Shown here: positions 11,013 to 22,971 of the stretch, piece after piece
How the letters are laid out: every line of letters begins with the position of its first letter
Position numbering within the stretch: position 1 is the stretch's first letter
NCBI GenBank assembly: GCA_903889595.1
Contig: CAISYI010000099.1
Coordinates: 4,311-68,310, forward strand
From: an uncultured beta proteobacterium
Lineage (GTDB): Bacteria; Pseudomonadota; Gammaproteobacteria; Burkholderiales; Burkholderiaceae
Direction of reading: 5' to 3'
DNA length: 64,000 nt
Translations under genes and position numbers: made by a program
Notes under the pieces: generated by a model
The model's input: only the letters and a program-made list of their open reading frames with translations
Told to the model about the DNA's origin: nothing
Databases searched by the model: none

Positions 11013-12197
11013 TTAATGTGATCCCGGGGCAGCCTCTTTAGCCTGCTTTGGTTTATCTTCATTTTTTCCAGCGGTTGATTCAGTAACCTTTGAACCAGGT
11101 CGAAGATTTTGTTTACCTTCAATAACAACACGAATCCCTTCGTCAATACCAGAAATGGCAGCGTTGCCGTTATTTTGAGCTAAGATTTTGATTTTTTTCA
11201 GAGCAACTTTGTTCTCATCCTCGATGACAAAAACCTGATCTCCATTTGTGTTGGAGATGATTGCTTGACTTGGAACAACTAAAGAATCTTTAAGTAATTG
11301 AGTTTGAAGCGTAACATTAACGAAGCCTCCAGGAGCTAAAGTATTATCTGCATTGTCCAAAGTCGCTTTAACTTTGACAGAACCAATGGAAGTATCTATT
11401 TGGTTATCGATAACAAACACTTTGCCTTGTTTAACTTGTCCATTGCCAATGTCAACTTTCACACCTAAGGCAGTAGTTGTTTTTTGTAATTGCACCAGAC
11501 TAGACATATATGACTCAGGAATCATAAATTGGACATAGATCGGATTGACTTGGGTAATTGTGACCATTGCGCCCAAAGTTGTTGTACTCGCTGAGGTCGT
11601 GGACGTTGAAACTACGTTACCTGGCTGGACAAGCTGGCCTACAAAAACATTAATAACACCAGTTTTGCCATTAATTGGAGATCGAATTGTGTCGTAGCTC
11701 AATGTAACTGCCGCTGCGTTGGCAGTTGCTTGCGCAGAATTTGCATTTGCTAAGGCTGTATCAACCGTAGCTTGTGAGATAAAGTTTTGTTTGAGCAATT
11801 CGAGTGCTCTTTGATATTGCCGCTGTGCATCTTCAGCTAATGCTTTCGCTTTTTCAAAGTTCGCTTTATCTGCGCGGTCGTCAAGTGAAAATAAAATATC
11901 GCCAGTTTTAACATCTTGTCCATCTTTAAAATGGATTTTGGAGATAATGTTAGTAACTTGCGGTCTGACATCAACAATGTTGGCAGAAACAATATTTCCT
12001 GAAGTTTCAATGATGACAGGAAAGTCTTTTTTCTCGGCCTTCACTGAAACAACCGTTTGAGGGCCTTGGTTTGGCTTTTTCTCTTCTTTAGGTGCAGTAA
12101 AGAAGAAAGAATAAATTGCGTATCCAAGTACTGCTAAGAGTAACAAAGAAAGCCCAATTTTTTTGATACTAAATTTTGATGTAATTGAGTTAGTCAT
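11013..12197 (-). CDS. RND efflux periplasmic adaptor (MdtA-like)
   Basis: N-terminal TM, VRPQV...FKDGQDVKTGD, IRSPING, IDNQID; upstream of the RND permease. Confidence 0.9.
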   Translation of the reverse strand: MTNSITSKFSIKKIGLSLLLLAVLGYAIYSFFFTAPKEEKKPNQGPQTVVSVKAEKKDFPVIIETSGNIVSANIVDVRPQVTNIISKIHFKDGQDVKTGDILFSLDDRADKANFEKAKALAEDAQRQYQRALELLKQNFISQATVDTALANANSAQATANAAAVTLSYDTIRSPINGKTGVINVFVGQLVQPGNVVSTSTTSASTTTLGAMVTITQVNPIYVQFMIPESYMSSLVQLQKTTTALGVKVDIGNGQVKQGKVFVIDNQIDTSIGSVKVKATLDNADNTLAPGGFVNVTLQTQLLKDSLVVPSQAIISNTNGDQVFVIEDENKVALKKIKILAQNNGNAAISGIDEGIRVVIEGKQNLRPGSKVTESTAGKNEDKPKQAKEAAPGSH

Positions 12198-12355
12198 GAA
12201 TTTTTTGGTTTCTTACAAAATAAGTAGGGATAAAAAAACAAAATTAATCAATCATCTAAAAAATTGAATAGTTGTTTAACTAATTATGTCTCGATTTTCT
12301 CATAATCTTTTAATAATTTGATTATATTTTAAGTTTTTACATTTAATATTGATTT

Positions 12356-12802
12356 TTACATTACAGAACTAGCACCTTCATTTGCTAACTGATCTGCGAT
12401 TTCATTACCGGGATCCCCGGAGTGTCCCTTCACCCAATGCCACTGAATTGTATGTTGTTGAATTTCCTTGTCGAGGGCTTGCCAAAGATCAGCATTAAGT
12501 AACGGGCTTCTATCTGCCTTTCGCCAACCATTCCTTTTCCAGCCTGCCAGCCACTCCGTTACCCCTTTTTGCACATATTTCGAGTCGGTATAAAGATTAA
12601 TGGTGCAAGCGAATTTCAGTGCTTTTAAGGCTTCAATTACCGCATTAAGTTCCATGCGATTGTTGGTGGTAAATTTTTCTCCACCTTTGAGGAATTTCTC
12701 ATGTTCCCCATACTTTAAGAATGCCCCCCATCCCCCTAAGCCAGGATTACCTTTGCAGGCGCCATCGGTGTATACAGTTACTATTTGATTATTTGTCGTC
12801 AT
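12356..12802 (-). CDS. rnhA: Ribonuclease HI
   Basis: [37 protein letters not shown]. Confidence 0.97.
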   Translation of the reverse strand: MTTNNQIVTVYTDGACKGNPGLGGWGAFLKYGEHEKFLKGGEKFTTNNRMELNAVIEALKALKFACTINLYTDSKYVQKGVTEWLAGWKRNGWRKADRSPLLNADLWQALDKEIQQHTIQWHWVKGHSGDPGNEIADQLANEGASSVM

Positions 12803-13601
12803 TGTTTTTGAGTTCGTGCGATTGATTGGTCTGCTGAACTGTTGCTAGTTGGGGTTTTAAAAGTGGGCGCTTGGCTTTAATTTTGCCTACCATCCTAATT
12901 GCTGGGTTTCTTTTTATTGCGGAAAGCATAAAGATGGAGCCAAAAAACGGCCACCATCTATCTCCAGCCTTGTCCAAAAAAGTAAACTCTTGATTAGCAT
13001 TACTTTTTTTAGTGGGAAAACCGTAACAACCAAATTTTCCTCGGTCAATAGAGTAATTAAGCAAATTTAACCAATCTTTAATCCTAAAGTGACTAATGAA
13101 CCGACCGGATTCTGGTAAAAAGGGTTGATGAAAGATTCGACCAGTATATTGGCGAAGTCCCCAAAGGCTCATGGGGTTAAACCCAGAAATAACAATCCTA
13201 CCCTCCGGTCGTAAAATTCGATGAATTTCCCTCAATGCTTCATGGGGATTTTCACTAAACTCAAGTACATGGGGCAGTGCAATTAAGTCAATGCTTTCAT
13301 TCGCAAATGGCAGATCATACACTGACGCTTGGCAAATGGTGGGAATGTTAGATACCAAGGGGTTTTGGGAACTTGGTTGGGAGTCTAGTAACATAAGCCA
13401 ACGATTAGGCATGCGATTTTCAGCAAGGCAGCTCAATCTAGGCATACCAATTTGAAGAGCATCAAAGCCAAAGGCGTCATCCACAATTTTATTGAATTGT
13501 TTTTGCTCCCAGCTCAAGGCATATTGACCTGCTGAGGTTGACAACCATTCGTTCCACTCATTTAATGAGTAATTGGCATTTTCTGGATCAGTTGATATCA
13601 T
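12789..13601 (-). CDS. Class I SAM-dependent methyltransferase (YafS-like)
   Basis: [28 protein letters not shown]; conserved position between rnhA and gloB. Confidence 0.85.
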   Translation of the reverse strand: MISTDPENANYSLNEWNEWLSTSAGQYALSWEQKQFNKIVDDAFGFDALQIGMPRLSCLAENRMPNRWLMLLDSQPSSQNPLVSNIPTICQASVYDLPFANESIDLIALPHVLEFSENPHEALREIHRILRPEGRIVISGFNPMSLWGLRQYTGRIFHQPFLPESGRFISHFRIKDWLNLLNYSIDRGKFGCYGFPTKKSNANQEFTFLDKAGDRWWPFFGSIFMLSAIKRNPAIRMVGKIKAKRPLLKPQLATVQQTNQSHELKNNDDK

Positions 13602-13699
13602 GCTTATGTAGTAACTTGAAGTACTAATTAGTGTAATTCAAGTAGGGTCCCATTTCCAAATTTGATTTCAACCACTAATAATAGACTTAGGATAAAAAA

Positions 13700-14491
13700 T
13701 TGCAATTTATTCAACTACCTGCTTTTAATGATAATTATATTTGGCTACTTGAGAAATCAGGGCACGTTTGGGTAGTTGATCCAGGTGATGCCACAGTTGT
13801 TCGTGATTACCTTGAGAACCATTCCTTATATTTGGACGGATTTTTAATTACCCATCATCATCGAGACCATATCGGTGGTGTCAGTGAGTTAATGGATTGG
13901 GCGACTACTTCAGGAATGGGGTCTCCAATCGTATATGGCCCAAGTCAAGAAGAAATACCTTTTAAAACTCACTCGTTTAGTGGGGGAGAGGTTATTGATA
14001 TTTTGAATGGGGTACTTTTGCAGGTGATTGATGTGGGCGGTCATACAAAAGGTCATATTGCCTATTACTTAGAAAATGCAAATCCACCACGATTGTTTTG
14101 TGGAGACACGCTTTTTGCTTCAGGTTGTGGGAGGATCTTTGAGGGAACTGCTCACCAAATGTTTGATTCTTTGCAACGATTGGCTATCTTACCTACCGAG
14201 ACATTGGTTTGTTGCGCCCATGAATACACTTTGTCTAATATTAGGTTTGCTAAAGCTGTGGAACCTAATAATCAAGAATTAATTGACTGGTCAGATAGGG
14301 CAGAAGCTTTGCGAAGTGTTGAAAAATTCACTGTACCAACTACTATTGGTCAAGAGCTAGCTGTTAATCCATTTTTAAGGTGCCAAGAAGAGTCATTGAT
14401 AGAGGCGGCTTCTAACTACGTAGGTCATAAAGTTCAAGCACCAGTAGAGGTTTTTTCGATTATTCGAGGTTGGAAGGACGTTTTTAAGTGA
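13700..14491 (+). CDS. gloB: Hydroxyacylglutathione hydrolase (glyoxalase II), TTG start
   Basis: PAFNDNYIW, THHHRDHIGG, FCGDTLF, CAHEYT. Confidence 0.95.
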   Translation: MQFIQLPAFNDNYIWLLEKSGHVWVVDPGDATVVRDYLENHSLYLDGFLITHHHRDHIGGVSELMDWATTSGMGSPIVYGPSQEEIPFKTHSFSGGEVIDILNGVLLQVIDVGGHTKGHIAYYLENANPPRLFCGDTLFASGCGRIFEGTAHQMFDSLQRLAILPTETLVCCAHEYTLSNIRFAKAVEPNNQELIDWSDRAEALRSVEKFTVPTTIGQELAVNPFLRCQEESLIEAASNYVGHKVQAPVEVFSIIRGWKDVFK

Positions 14492-15894
14492 TCCGTTGGA
14501 TTTTCCCGTTCGTAATTCTTGGATTACTTTCAGGATGTGCGTCAAATTCAGTTCTGATTACTGAAGGAAAAAATACATCTCAAGTCACTAAAGAAACAAA
14601 TGTCTCAATACCTCAACTCACTGATAGTGTTGAAAAAAATGAGGTAGTTGCGGCCAAAGATATTTGGGATAGATTACGCACTGGTTTTGAAATTGCTGAC
14701 CCAGAGTTTGATATAGTTGAAAAGCATATTCGATTACTGCAGGCAAATCCTGAATCAGTAAATCGATTACTAGAAAGATCTTCAAGTTATCTCTTCTACA
14801 TCATTGAAGAGGTTGAAGCAAGGGATTTACCTTCTGAGCTGGCCTTACTTCCATTTGTTGAGAGCGCATTCAATCCGAAAGCAGTTTCATCCGCGAAAGC
14901 TGCGGGTATGTGGCAATTTATGCCTGCCACGGGTAAAAGCTTTAACTTAAAACAAAATATGTTTCTTGATGAACGGAGAGACATCATTAAATCTACGCGT
15001 GCAGCTTTAGATTATCTTCAAAGATTACATTATCAGTTTGATGATTGGCAGTTAGCTCTTGCCGCCTATAACTGGGGTGAGGGGTCAGTTAGTCGAGCAA
15101 TTAAAAAAAACCAAAATGCAAATCTAACAACAGATTACTTTAGTCTTTCGATGCCCAAGGAAACACAAAATTACGTTCCAAAGCTATTAGCTTATAAAAG
15201 AATTATTGAAAATCCTGAAAAGTATGGTTTTAAATTACCAAATGTTCCAAATCACCCTTATTTTGTAGAAGTGCCAGTCACGAAAGATATTGATTTAGAT
15301 AAAGCCATTGAACTTTCAGATATGACAAAGAGTCAATTTGTTGCCTTAAATCCATCATTTACTAAACCGGTTATTTTGAAGGAGTTTAATCAAGCAATCC
15401 TTTTACCGTATGGAAAGGCAGAAATTTTTAAAGACAATTTAAGGGTTCATAAAAAGCCGCTTTCTTCTTGGACGGCTGTCAAGGTCAATAAAACGGATAC
15501 GGTGGAAAAAATTGCTCAACAGATTCAAGTAGCTCCCGCTGATATTCGTTTGGTCAACAACATCCCAAATGGGATGAAAATTCGTTCGGGATCTAGTTTA
15601 TTAATTCCTAAAAAAACTGAACATATTGGGGATGTCAATGCAGATATTGCTCAAAATGGATCATTGATTTTAGAAAAAGAGTTGACTGCTGTCCCAGTAA
15701 AAATGAACTGTCGAGGAAAAAAGTGTGTAGCCACGCCTAGTAAGCTGCCAAATTACACACCTAACTCCAAAATCAACACCGGAGATTCAAAAAAAATACA
15801 AAAAAATCAGAATCAGACTGGAAAAAAAACTAACAATAGCTCTAAACAAAGTAAAAACCATTCGACAAAAAAAGAATTAGATAGTAAAAAATAA
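14488..15894 (+). CDS. mltD: Membrane-bound lytic murein transglycosylase D (SLT + LysM)
   Basis: Lipobox LSGC, LPFVESAFNP, AAGMWQFMP, ALAAYNWGEG, ETQNYVPK; follows gloB. Confidence 0.88.
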   Translation: MIRWIFPFVILGLLSGCASNSVLITEGKNTSQVTKETNVSIPQLTDSVEKNEVVAAKDIWDRLRTGFEIADPEFDIVEKHIRLLQANPESVNRLLERSSSYLFYIIEEVEARDLPSELALLPFVESAFNPKAVSSAKAAGMWQFMPATGKSFNLKQNMFLDERRDIIKSTRAALDYLQRLHYQFDDWQLALAAYNWGEGSVSRAIKKNQNANLTTDYFSLSMPKETQNYVPKLLAYKRIIENPEKYGFKLPNVPNHPYFVEVPVTKDIDLDKAIELSDMTKSQFVALNPSFTKPVILKEFNQAILLPYGKAEIFKDNLRVHKKPLSSWTAVKVNKTDTVEKIAQQIQVAPADIRLVNNIPNGMKIRSGSSLLIPKKTEHIGDVNADIAQNGSLILEKELTAVPVKMNCRGKKCVATPSKLPNYTPNSKINTGDSKKIQKNQNQTGKKTNNSSKQSKNHSTKKELDSKK

Positions 15895-15929
15895 TAATTA
15901 CAAAAAATTAAATAGTTAGAGGGACAAAA

Positions 15930-17813
15930 ATGTCAAAGTACAGTGAATTTTTTCAAGAATCTATTCATCAGCCTGAGACCTTTTGGGCTGAACAGGCCAA
16001 GTTAATAGATTGGGATGAGCCTTTTAAAAAAGTATTAGACTACCAAAATCCTCCATTTGCGAGATGGTTTATCGGTGGCAGAACAAATATTTGCTTCAAC
16101 GCAGTCGATCGGCATTTAAAAGAGCGTGCAAATCAAGCTGCTTTAATTACTGTGTCAGTTGAAACACAAACTGAGGTTACCTATTCATATCAAGAGTTGT
16201 ATGAGGAAGTCAATAGAATGGCTGCAATCATGCAGTCGCAAGGTGTAAAAAAGGGTGATCGCGTTTTAATTTACATGCCAATGGTAGCGACAGCCTGCTT
16301 TGCAATGCTTGCAGCTTTGAGATTGGGAGCGATTCATTCTGTTGTTTTTGGAGGATTTGCTTCACATAGCTTAGCCGCCAGAATTGAAGATGCAAAACCA
16401 ACTTTAATTGTTTCAACAGAAGCAGGGATAAGGGGAGGAAAAGTAATTCCTTATAAACCACTACTGGATGATGCAATCAATTTATCTAGCCATAAACCAA
16501 CGAAGGTGTTAGTGGTATCTCGTAATTTATATGACTATGACAAGGTTGCTGGACGCGATCTAGATTATCACCAACTGCGAGAAATTCATTTGGACTCGAG
16601 AGTGCCGTGTACCTGGTTAGACTCCTCGGATCCCTCCTACATCCTTTACACATCAGGTACTACGGGTAAGCCAAAAGGTGTTCAAAGAGATACGGGTGGT
16701 TATGCAGTGGCTTTGGCCGCAACGATGCCAACCATTTTTTGTGCCAAACCTGGTGAAACGATGTTTTGTACATCTGATATTGGTTGGGTAGTCGGTCACG
16801 GTTATATTATTTATGCCCCACTAATTCACGGTATGGCTACGATTATGTTTGAGGGAACTCCATTGAATCCTGATGCAGGAATTTGGTGGAGTTTAGTTGA
16901 AAAATACCAAGTTACTACTATGTTCTCTGCGCCGACAGCGATTCGTGTTTTGAAAAAACAAGATCCAAAATTTTTAGAAAAATATGACTTGTCTTCTTTG
17001 AGAAACTTGTTTTTAGCAGGGGAGCCTCTAGATGAGCCAACGGCTAATTGGATTACCAATGCTATTAAAAAACCTGTGATTGATAACTATTGGCAGACTG
17101 AAACAGGTTGGCCTATTTTGGCACTGCAGCATGGAGTAGAGGTGATGCCTACAAAATTAGGCTCTCCGGGTCTGCCAGTGTTCGGATACAACATGAAATT
17201 AATTGATGAAAATACAGGTGAAGAGCTAGGGCCTAATCAAAAGGGTTTATTAGCCATTGAGGGACCATTACCCCCGGGTTGTTTACAAACACTATGGGGC
17301 GATGATGAGCGTTTCGTGAAAACCTATTGGCAAACCATTCCTGGGAAAATGCTTTACTCCACCTTCGATTGGGGTATCAAGGATGAAGACGGCTACTTTT
17401 TCATATTGGGTAGAACTGATGACGTAATTAATACAGCGGGTCATCGTTTAGGAACTCGAGAAATTGAAGAGAGTATTGCTAGTCACCCGAATGTTGCTGA
17501 GGTTGCAGTTGTAGGTATTGGTGATGATTTAAAGGGCCAGGTTGCGATTGCTTTTGCGATCCCTAAAGATGCTACGCAAACTATTGGACTTGAAGAGCAA
17601 ATTATGAAAACGGTTGATAGTCAATTAGGTCCGATAGCCAGGCCTGCTCGGGTAATTATTGTGCAAGCCTTACCGAAAACTCGTTCAGGAAAGATTGTTC
17701 GTAGAGCTTTACAGGCTGTCTTGGAGGGGCGTGATCCCGGAGATTTGAGTACCTTGGAGGATAAGAACGTACTCATTCAAATTCAGGAACTCATTCAAGA
17801 GTCCCCTCACTAA
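15930..17813 (+). CDS. prpE: Propionate--CoA ligase
   Basis: YTSGTTGKPKGVQRDTGGYAVAL, DNYWQTETGW, LPKTRSGK. Confidence 0.9.
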   Translation: MSKYSEFFQESIHQPETFWAEQAKLIDWDEPFKKVLDYQNPPFARWFIGGRTNICFNAVDRHLKERANQAALITVSVETQTEVTYSYQELYEEVNRMAAIMQSQGVKKGDRVLIYMPMVATACFAMLAALRLGAIHSVVFGGFASHSLAARIEDAKPTLIVSTEAGIRGGKVIPYKPLLDDAINLSSHKPTKVLVVSRNLYDYDKVAGRDLDYHQLREIHLDSRVPCTWLDSSDPSYILYTSGTTGKPKGVQRDTGGYAVALAATMPTIFCAKPGETMFCTSDIGWVVGHGYIIYAPLIHGMATIMFEGTPLNPDAGIWWSLVEKYQVTTMFSAPTAIRVLKKQDPKFLEKYDLSSLRNLFLAGEPLDEPTANWITNAIKKPVIDNYWQTETGWPILALQHGVEVMPTKLGSPGLPVFGYNMKLIDENTGEELGPNQKGLLAIEGPLPPGCLQTLWGDDERFVKTYWQTIPGKMLYSTFDWGIKDEDGYFFILGRTDDVINTAGHRLGTREIEESIASHPNVAEVAVVGIGDDLKGQVAIAFAIPKDATQTIGLEEQIMKTVDSQLGPIARPARVIIVQALPKTRSGKIVRRALQAVLEGRDPGDLSTLEDKNVLIQIQELIQESPH

Positions 17814-17862
17814 AGAGAAAGATAGGGATAAGCCAAAGTTTTGGGGATGTGTAAGATTTACT

Positions 17863-17871
17863 TGTTATAAT
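17863..17871 (+). promoter_or_regulatory. Extended -10 promoter element of the carA leader
   Basis: TGTTATAAT (TGn-TATAAT) just upstream of the leader hairpin. Confidence 0.55.
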
Positions 17872-17879
17872 AATGACTA

Positions 17880-17995
17880 GTTCAATTACTTCCATCAAGA
17901 CCCTAGCGCTTATATAGACTAATCCCCCTAATTAATTACCTTGAAAGTTTTCTTTGACGGGGAGTTGGTTAAATTGCAGCAGGGAACTGGAGAAT
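17880..17995 (+). ncRNA. carA leader RNA (cis-regulatory hairpin, riboswitch candidate)
   Basis: Long imperfect hairpin: TTCCA/TGGAG (covers RBS), CCCT-AGC/GC-AGGG, GACTAATCCCC/GGGGAGTTGGTT; a carA RNA motif is described for Polynucleobacter-type betaproteobacteria. Confidence 0.6.
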
Positions 17996-17998
17996 GCT

Positions 17999-19186
17999 TT
18001 GCTGCCACTATCGAAAATTACTCATACATACTCACTCAAACCTCAATTACCTCCGGCTGTATTGGTATTAGCTGATGGTAAATCCTTTACTGGATTTAGC
18101 ATTGGAATTCTTGGCTCAACTGTAGGAGAGGTGGTTTTTAATACCTCTATGACGGGTTACCAAGAAATCTTTACAGACCCCAGCTATACCAAACAAATAG
18201 TCACATTAACGTATCCTCATATTGGTAATGTTGGTGTCAACGATCAAGATGATGAATCAGGCAAATTTTGCGCTGCAGGAATCATTATTAGAGATTTATC
18301 CATTATTGACTCTAACTTTAGAAGCCAATCCTCACTACAACAATACTTAATTGACCAACAAATTGTTGGTATTAGCGGTATTGACACCCGTGAGTTAACG
18401 CGTTATTTAAGAGATAACGGTGCTCAAAGTGGGGCAATCGTTACCGGTAATAAAGGTGATTCAATCGACGCTTTATTAGTGAAAGCTAATCAGGTTGTTT
18501 CTGAATTCCCTGGCATGTCTGGTTTAGATTTAGCTCAAGTTGTTTCTACGCCTATCTCTTATGAATGGACCGAGGGAGAGTGGCAGCTTTTTGATGAGTC
18601 AGAAATGCCAAGTTTCAAGAAGCCTCTCCTAACCAAAACTGTTGTTGCCTATGATTTCGGTGTTAAAAGAAATATCCTTCGTATGTTAGCAAGCAGGGGT
18701 TGTAAGGTGATTGTAGTACCAGCAAAAACCTCCGCTGAAGAGGTATTAGCAATGAATCCGGATGGTATCTTCCTTTCGAATGGTCCTGGTGATCCTGAAC
18801 CTTGTGACTATGCAATTACTGCCACTAAAGTTTTTTTAGAAAAGAAAATTCCATTATTTGGGATTTGTTTAGGCCACCAAATTATGGGTCTAGCATCTGG
18901 AGCGAAAACCCTCAAGATGAAATTTGGACATCATGGAGCAAACCACCCTGTTAAGGACTTAAATACAGGTAAAGTGGTAATTACCTCGCAAAACCATGGA
19001 TTTGCAGTTGATATGGCAACCTTGCCAGACAATGTGAAACCCACCCATATATCCCTTTTTGATGGATCTTTACAAGGTTTGTCCTGGACGGATAGACCTG
19101 CATTCTGTTTTCAGGGTCATCCTGAGGCATCACCTGGCCCACAAGATGTAGCTTATTTGTTTGACCGTTTTATTGAATCAATGTGA
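17999..19186 (+). CDS. carA: Carbamoyl-phosphate synthase small subunit; probable TTG start at 17999 behind GGAG (ORF track starts 17954)
   Basis: [41 protein letters not shown]. Confidence 0.97.
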   Translation: MLPLSKITHTYSLKPQLPPAVLVLADGKSFTGFSIGILGSTVGEVVFNTSMTGYQEIFTDPSYTKQIVTLTYPHIGNVGVNDQDDESGKFCAAGIIIRDLSIIDSNFRSQSSLQQYLIDQQIVGISGIDTRELTRYLRDNGAQSGAIVTGNKGDSIDALLVKANQVVSEFPGMSGLDLAQVVSTPISYEWTEGEWQLFDESEMPSFKKPLLTKTVVAYDFGVKRNILRMLASRGCKVIVVPAKTSAEEVLAMNPDGIFLSNGPGDPEPCDYAITATKVFLEKKIPLFGICLGHQIMGLASGAKTLKMKFGHHGANHPVKDLNTGKVVITSQNHGFAVDMATLPDNVKPTHISLFDGSLQGLSWTDRPAFCFQGHPEASPGPQDVAYLFDRFIESM

Positions 19187-19194
19187 GAATTTAA

Positions 19195-22100
19195 ATGCCC
19201 AAGCGTACCGACATAAAAAGTATTTTAATCATTGGTGCTGGTCCAATTATTATTGGTCAGGCTTGTGAGTTTGATTATTCAGGAGCTCAGGCCTGTAAAT
19301 CCCTTCGTTCAGAGGGTTATAAGGTTATTCTAGTTAATAGCAACCCTGCAACAATCATGACTGATCCTGAGATGGCCGATGTAACTTACATTGAACCAAT
19401 TACTTGGGAAGTTGTTGAAAAGATTATTGCCAAAGAGCAACCTGATGCAATTTTGCCGACCATGGGCGGTCAGACCGCTCTAAATTGTGCGTTAGATCTC
19501 CACCGTCATGGCATTCTAGAAAAGTATGGATGTGAACTTATCGGAGCATCTCCTGAGGCGATTGACAAAGCAGAAGATAGACAAAAATTTAAACAGGCTA
19601 TGACCAAAATTGGCCTAGGGTCTGCTACTTCAGATGTAGCACATTCCTGGTTAGAGGCACAGGATGTACAACAAAGAGTTGCAAAGATTACTGGCGGCAG
19701 TGGTTACCCTGTGATTATTCGTCCATCTTTCACGATGGGAGGATCCGGAGGTGGTATTGCCTATAATCGCGAAGAGTTTGAGGAGATTTGTAAACGAGGT
19801 TTAGATCTTTCTCCGACAAATGAATTGTTGATTGAAGAGTCTTTGCTTGGTTGGAAAGAGTATGAGATGGAAGTTGTACGTGATAAAAATGACAACTGCA
19901 TCATCGTCTGTTCCATTGAAAATCTTGACCCAATGGGTGTTCATACGGGCGATTCCATTACTGTTGCTCCAGCCCAGACCCTCACTGATCGTGAATATCA
20001 AATCATGAGAAATGCCTCTTTGGCTGTTTTACGTGAAATTGGTGTTGATACCGGTGGTTCTAATGTTCAATTTGCCGTGAATCCAAAAGACGGTCGTATG
20101 ATTGTGATTGAAATGAATCCAAGGGTATCAAGATCCTCTGCGTTGGCATCCAAGGCAACGGGTTTCCCAATCGCTAAGATTGCAGCCAAGTTGGCTGTTG
20201 GTTTTACGTTAGATGAGTTACAAAATGAAATTACTGGAGGTGCTACACCAGCATCCTTTGAGCCTTCGATTGATTATGTTGTTACCAAAGTACCGCGTTT
20301 TGCTTTTGAGAAATTTCGTGAAGCAGACAAACATCTAACAACGCAAATGAAATCAGTTGGTGAAGTGATGGCTATCGGAAGAACTTTCCAAGAGTCTTTC
20401 CAAAAAGCACTCCGAGGTTTAGAGGTTGGTGTTGATGGTTTGGATGAGGTCAGTGTTGATATTCATCAGATTGTTGCAGAAATCAGATCACCTGGGCCTG
20501 ATCGTATTTGGTATGTAGCCGATGCATTCAGACAAGGACTCAGTATTGAAGAAGTTTTTAATTTCACATCAATTGATCCTTGGTTTTTAACTCAAATTCA
20601 TGAATTGGTTGGTATTGAAGATTTGATTCGTAAGAAGCAATTGCAAGATTTGACTGAGCAAGAGTTAAGATTTATTAAACAAAAAGGCTTTTCCGACCGA
20701 AGACTTGCAACCTTAATGCAATGCGAACCTACCTCAGTGAGGTTGCGTCGCCATGAATTAGATATTCATCCCGTATATAAGCGAGTTGATACTTGTGCAG
20801 CAGAATTTTCAACCAATACTGCTTACATGTATTCCACCTATGAACAGCAAGGAGCTGAATGCGAATCTCGCCCAACCGATCGTAAAAAGATTATGGTTTT
20901 AGGCGGTGGACCAAATCGAATAGGTCAAGGTATTGAATTCGACTACTGCTGTGTGCATGCTGCGTTAGCGATGCGTGATGATGGTTATGAAACGATTATG
21001 GTGAACTGTAATCCAGAGACCGTCTCGACCGATTACGATACCTCTGATCGCTTATATTTTGAGTCTTTGACCTTAGAAGATGTTTTAGAGATTGTTGCTC
21101 TTGAAAATCCATTGGGAGTTATTGTTCAATATGGCGGACAAACGCCATTGAAGTTAGCCTTAGATCTAGAAGCTAACGGAGTACCAATTATTGGTACTTC
21201 TCCGGATATGATTGATGCTGCAGAAGATCGTGAAAGATTTCAAAAATTATTGAATGATTTAAATCTATTACAACCACCTAATAGAACAGCTAGGACTGAG
21301 GCTGAGGCAATCCGTTTATCCGTAGAGATAGGTTATCCATTAGTTGTAAGACCATCCTATGTGCTTGGTGGTCGTGCGATGGAAATCGTCAATGATGTGC
21401 ATGATCTAGAGAGATATATGCGCGAGGCCGTGAAAGTTTCACACGACTCACCTGTTCTATTGGATCGCTTTTTAGATGACGCCATTGAATGCGATGTTGA
21501 TTGTATTTCTGATGGTCAAAGAGTATTTATTGGGGGTGTGATGGAACACATCGAACTTGCTGGAGTTCATTCTGGTGACTCTGCTTGCTCTTTACCCCCT
21601 TATACGCTTTCCCAAGAAACAATAGAAGAGTTACGTCGTCAGACTACTGAAATGGCTAAAGGGCTTCATGTAGTCGGTTTGATGAATGTACAGTTTGCAA
21701 TCCAACAAAATGACGGAAAAGATGTCGTGTATGTGCTAGAAGTTAATCCTAGAGCTTCCAGAACTGTGCCATTTGTTTCTAAAGCAACTGGTCTGCAATT
21801 AGCAAAGATCGCTGCGCGTTGTATGGTTGGTCAATCTCTTGATGAACAGGGGATTGGGGCTGAGGTAATACCTGGTTATTATTCAGTAAAAGAAGCTGTA
21901 TTCCCATTTAATAAATTTCCTGGTGTTGATCCAATTTTAGGGCCTGAAATGCGCTCTACAGGCGAAGTAATGGGAGTAGGTAAAACATTTGGTGAGGCTT
22001 TATTCAAATCCCAAATGGCAGCAAGTACTTTATTACCCGAGAGTGGGACTGTTTTATTGTCGGTAAAAAATAGAGATAAAAAGCGCGCTGTTGAGGTCGC

Positions 22101-22443
22101 CATGATGCTCCATAAAATGGGCTATCCCTTGGTTGCTACAAGAGGGACTGCAAAAGCAATTGAGGCTGCTGGCGTTCCAGTTAGGACGGTTAACAAGGTA
22201 AAAGAGGGCAGACCTGATATTGTTGATATGATCAAAAATGGCGAAATTTCTTTGGTGTTTACTACTGTCGATGAAAATCGAAGTGAGATTGCTGATTCAA
22301 GATCCATTAGAACGACATCGCAAGCTAATAAGGTTACTTACTACACCACCATTAGTGCAGCTGCTGCCGTTGTTGAAGGTCTTGGTGCTATCAACGAATT
22401 AGAAGTTTATGATTTACAAACTTTACATAAATCTTTGCATTAA
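19195..22443 (+). CDS. carB: Carbamoyl-phosphate synthase large subunit
   Basis: [30 protein letters not shown]; 1082 aa. Confidence 0.98.
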   Translation: MPKRTDIKSILIIGAGPIIIGQACEFDYSGAQACKSLRSEGYKVILVNSNPATIMTDPEMADVTYIEPITWEVVEKIIAKEQPDAILPTMGGQTALNCALDLHRHGILEKYGCELIGASPEAIDKAEDRQKFKQAMTKIGLGSATSDVAHSWLEAQDVQQRVAKITGGSGYPVIIRPSFTMGGSGGGIAYNREEFEEICKRGLDLSPTNELLIEESLLGWKEYEMEVVRDKNDNCIIVCSIENLDPMGVHTGDSITVAPAQTLTDREYQIMRNASLAVLREIGVDTGGSNVQFAVNPKDGRMIVIEMNPRVSRSSALASKATGFPIAKIAAKLAVGFTLDELQNEITGGATPASFEPSIDYVVTKVPRFAFEKFREADKHLTTQMKSVGEVMAIGRTFQESFQKALRGLEVGVDGLDEVSVDIHQIVAEIRSPGPDRIWYVADAFRQGLSIEEVFNFTSIDPWFLTQIHELVGIEDLIRKKQLQDLTEQELRFIKQKGFSDRRLATLMQCEPTSVRLRRHELDIHPVYKRVDTCAAEFSTNTAYMYSTYEQQGAECESRPTDRKKIMVLGGGPNRIGQGIEFDYCCVHAALAMRDDGYETIMVNCNPETVSTDYDTSDRLYFESLTLEDVLEIVALENPLGVIVQYGGQTPLKLALDLEANGVPIIGTSPDMIDAAEDRERFQKLLNDLNLLQPPNRTARTEAEAIRLSVEIGYPLVVRPSYVLGGRAMEIVNDVHDLERYMREAVKVSHDSPVLLDRFLDDAIECDVDCISDGQRVFIGGVMEHIELAGVHSGDSACSLPPYTLSQETIEELRRQTTEMAKGLHVVGLMNVQFAIQQNDGKDVVYVLEVNPRASRTVPFVSKATGLQLAKIAARCMVGQSLDEQGIGAEVIPGYYSVKEAVFPFNKFPGVDPILGPEMRSTGEVMGVGKTFGEALFKSQMAASTLLPESGTVLLSVKNRDKKRAVEVAMMLHKMGYPLVATRGTAKAIEAAGVPVRTVNKVKEGRPDIVDMIKNGEISLVFTTVDENRSEIADSRSIRTTSQANKVTYYTTISAAAAVVEGLGAINELEVYDLQTLHKSLH

Positions 22444-22475
22444 TAATTAATTTTTAGTTTATTTGGATAAATTTG

Positions 22476-22952
22476 ATGAATACTATACCTGTCACAATTG
22501 TTGGGGCTGAACGATTGAAAGATGAATTACATCGCTTAAAGCATATTGAGCGTCCAGCTGTTGTCATAGCTATCTCTGAAGCAAGAGCTCAAGGAGACTT
22601 ATCCGAAAACGCTGAATATGATGCAGCTAAAGAAAAGCAAGGTTTTATTGAAGGCCGAATTCAAGAAATCGAAGGTAAGCTATCTGCTGCGCAAATTATT
22701 GATCCCTCGCTAATTGATGCTGATGGAAAAGTTGTATTTGGTGCCACCGTCGAATTAGAAGACTTAAATACTGGTAATAAAATGAATTATCAAATTGTTG
22801 GTGATGACGAGGCTGATATCGAAGTAAATAAAATCTCAATTAGTTCACCGATTGCAAGAGCACTCATACGAAAAGAATCTGGTGATGTAGTGAAAATTGC
22901 TACACCCGGTGGTGAACGTGAAGTAGAGATTATTTCAGTTCAGTATATTTGA
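22476..22952 (+). CDS. greA: Transcription elongation factor GreA
   Basis: [28 protein letters not shown]; after carB. Confidence 0.95.
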   Translation: MNTIPVTIVGAERLKDELHRLKHIERPAVVIAISEARAQGDLSENAEYDAAKEKQGFIEGRIQEIEGKLSAAQIIDPSLIDADGKVVFGATVELEDLNTGNKMNYQIVGDDEADIEVNKISISSPIARALIRKESGDVVKIATPGGEREVEIISVQYI

Positions 22953-22971
22953 TAGTTAATTCTAAAAATAC

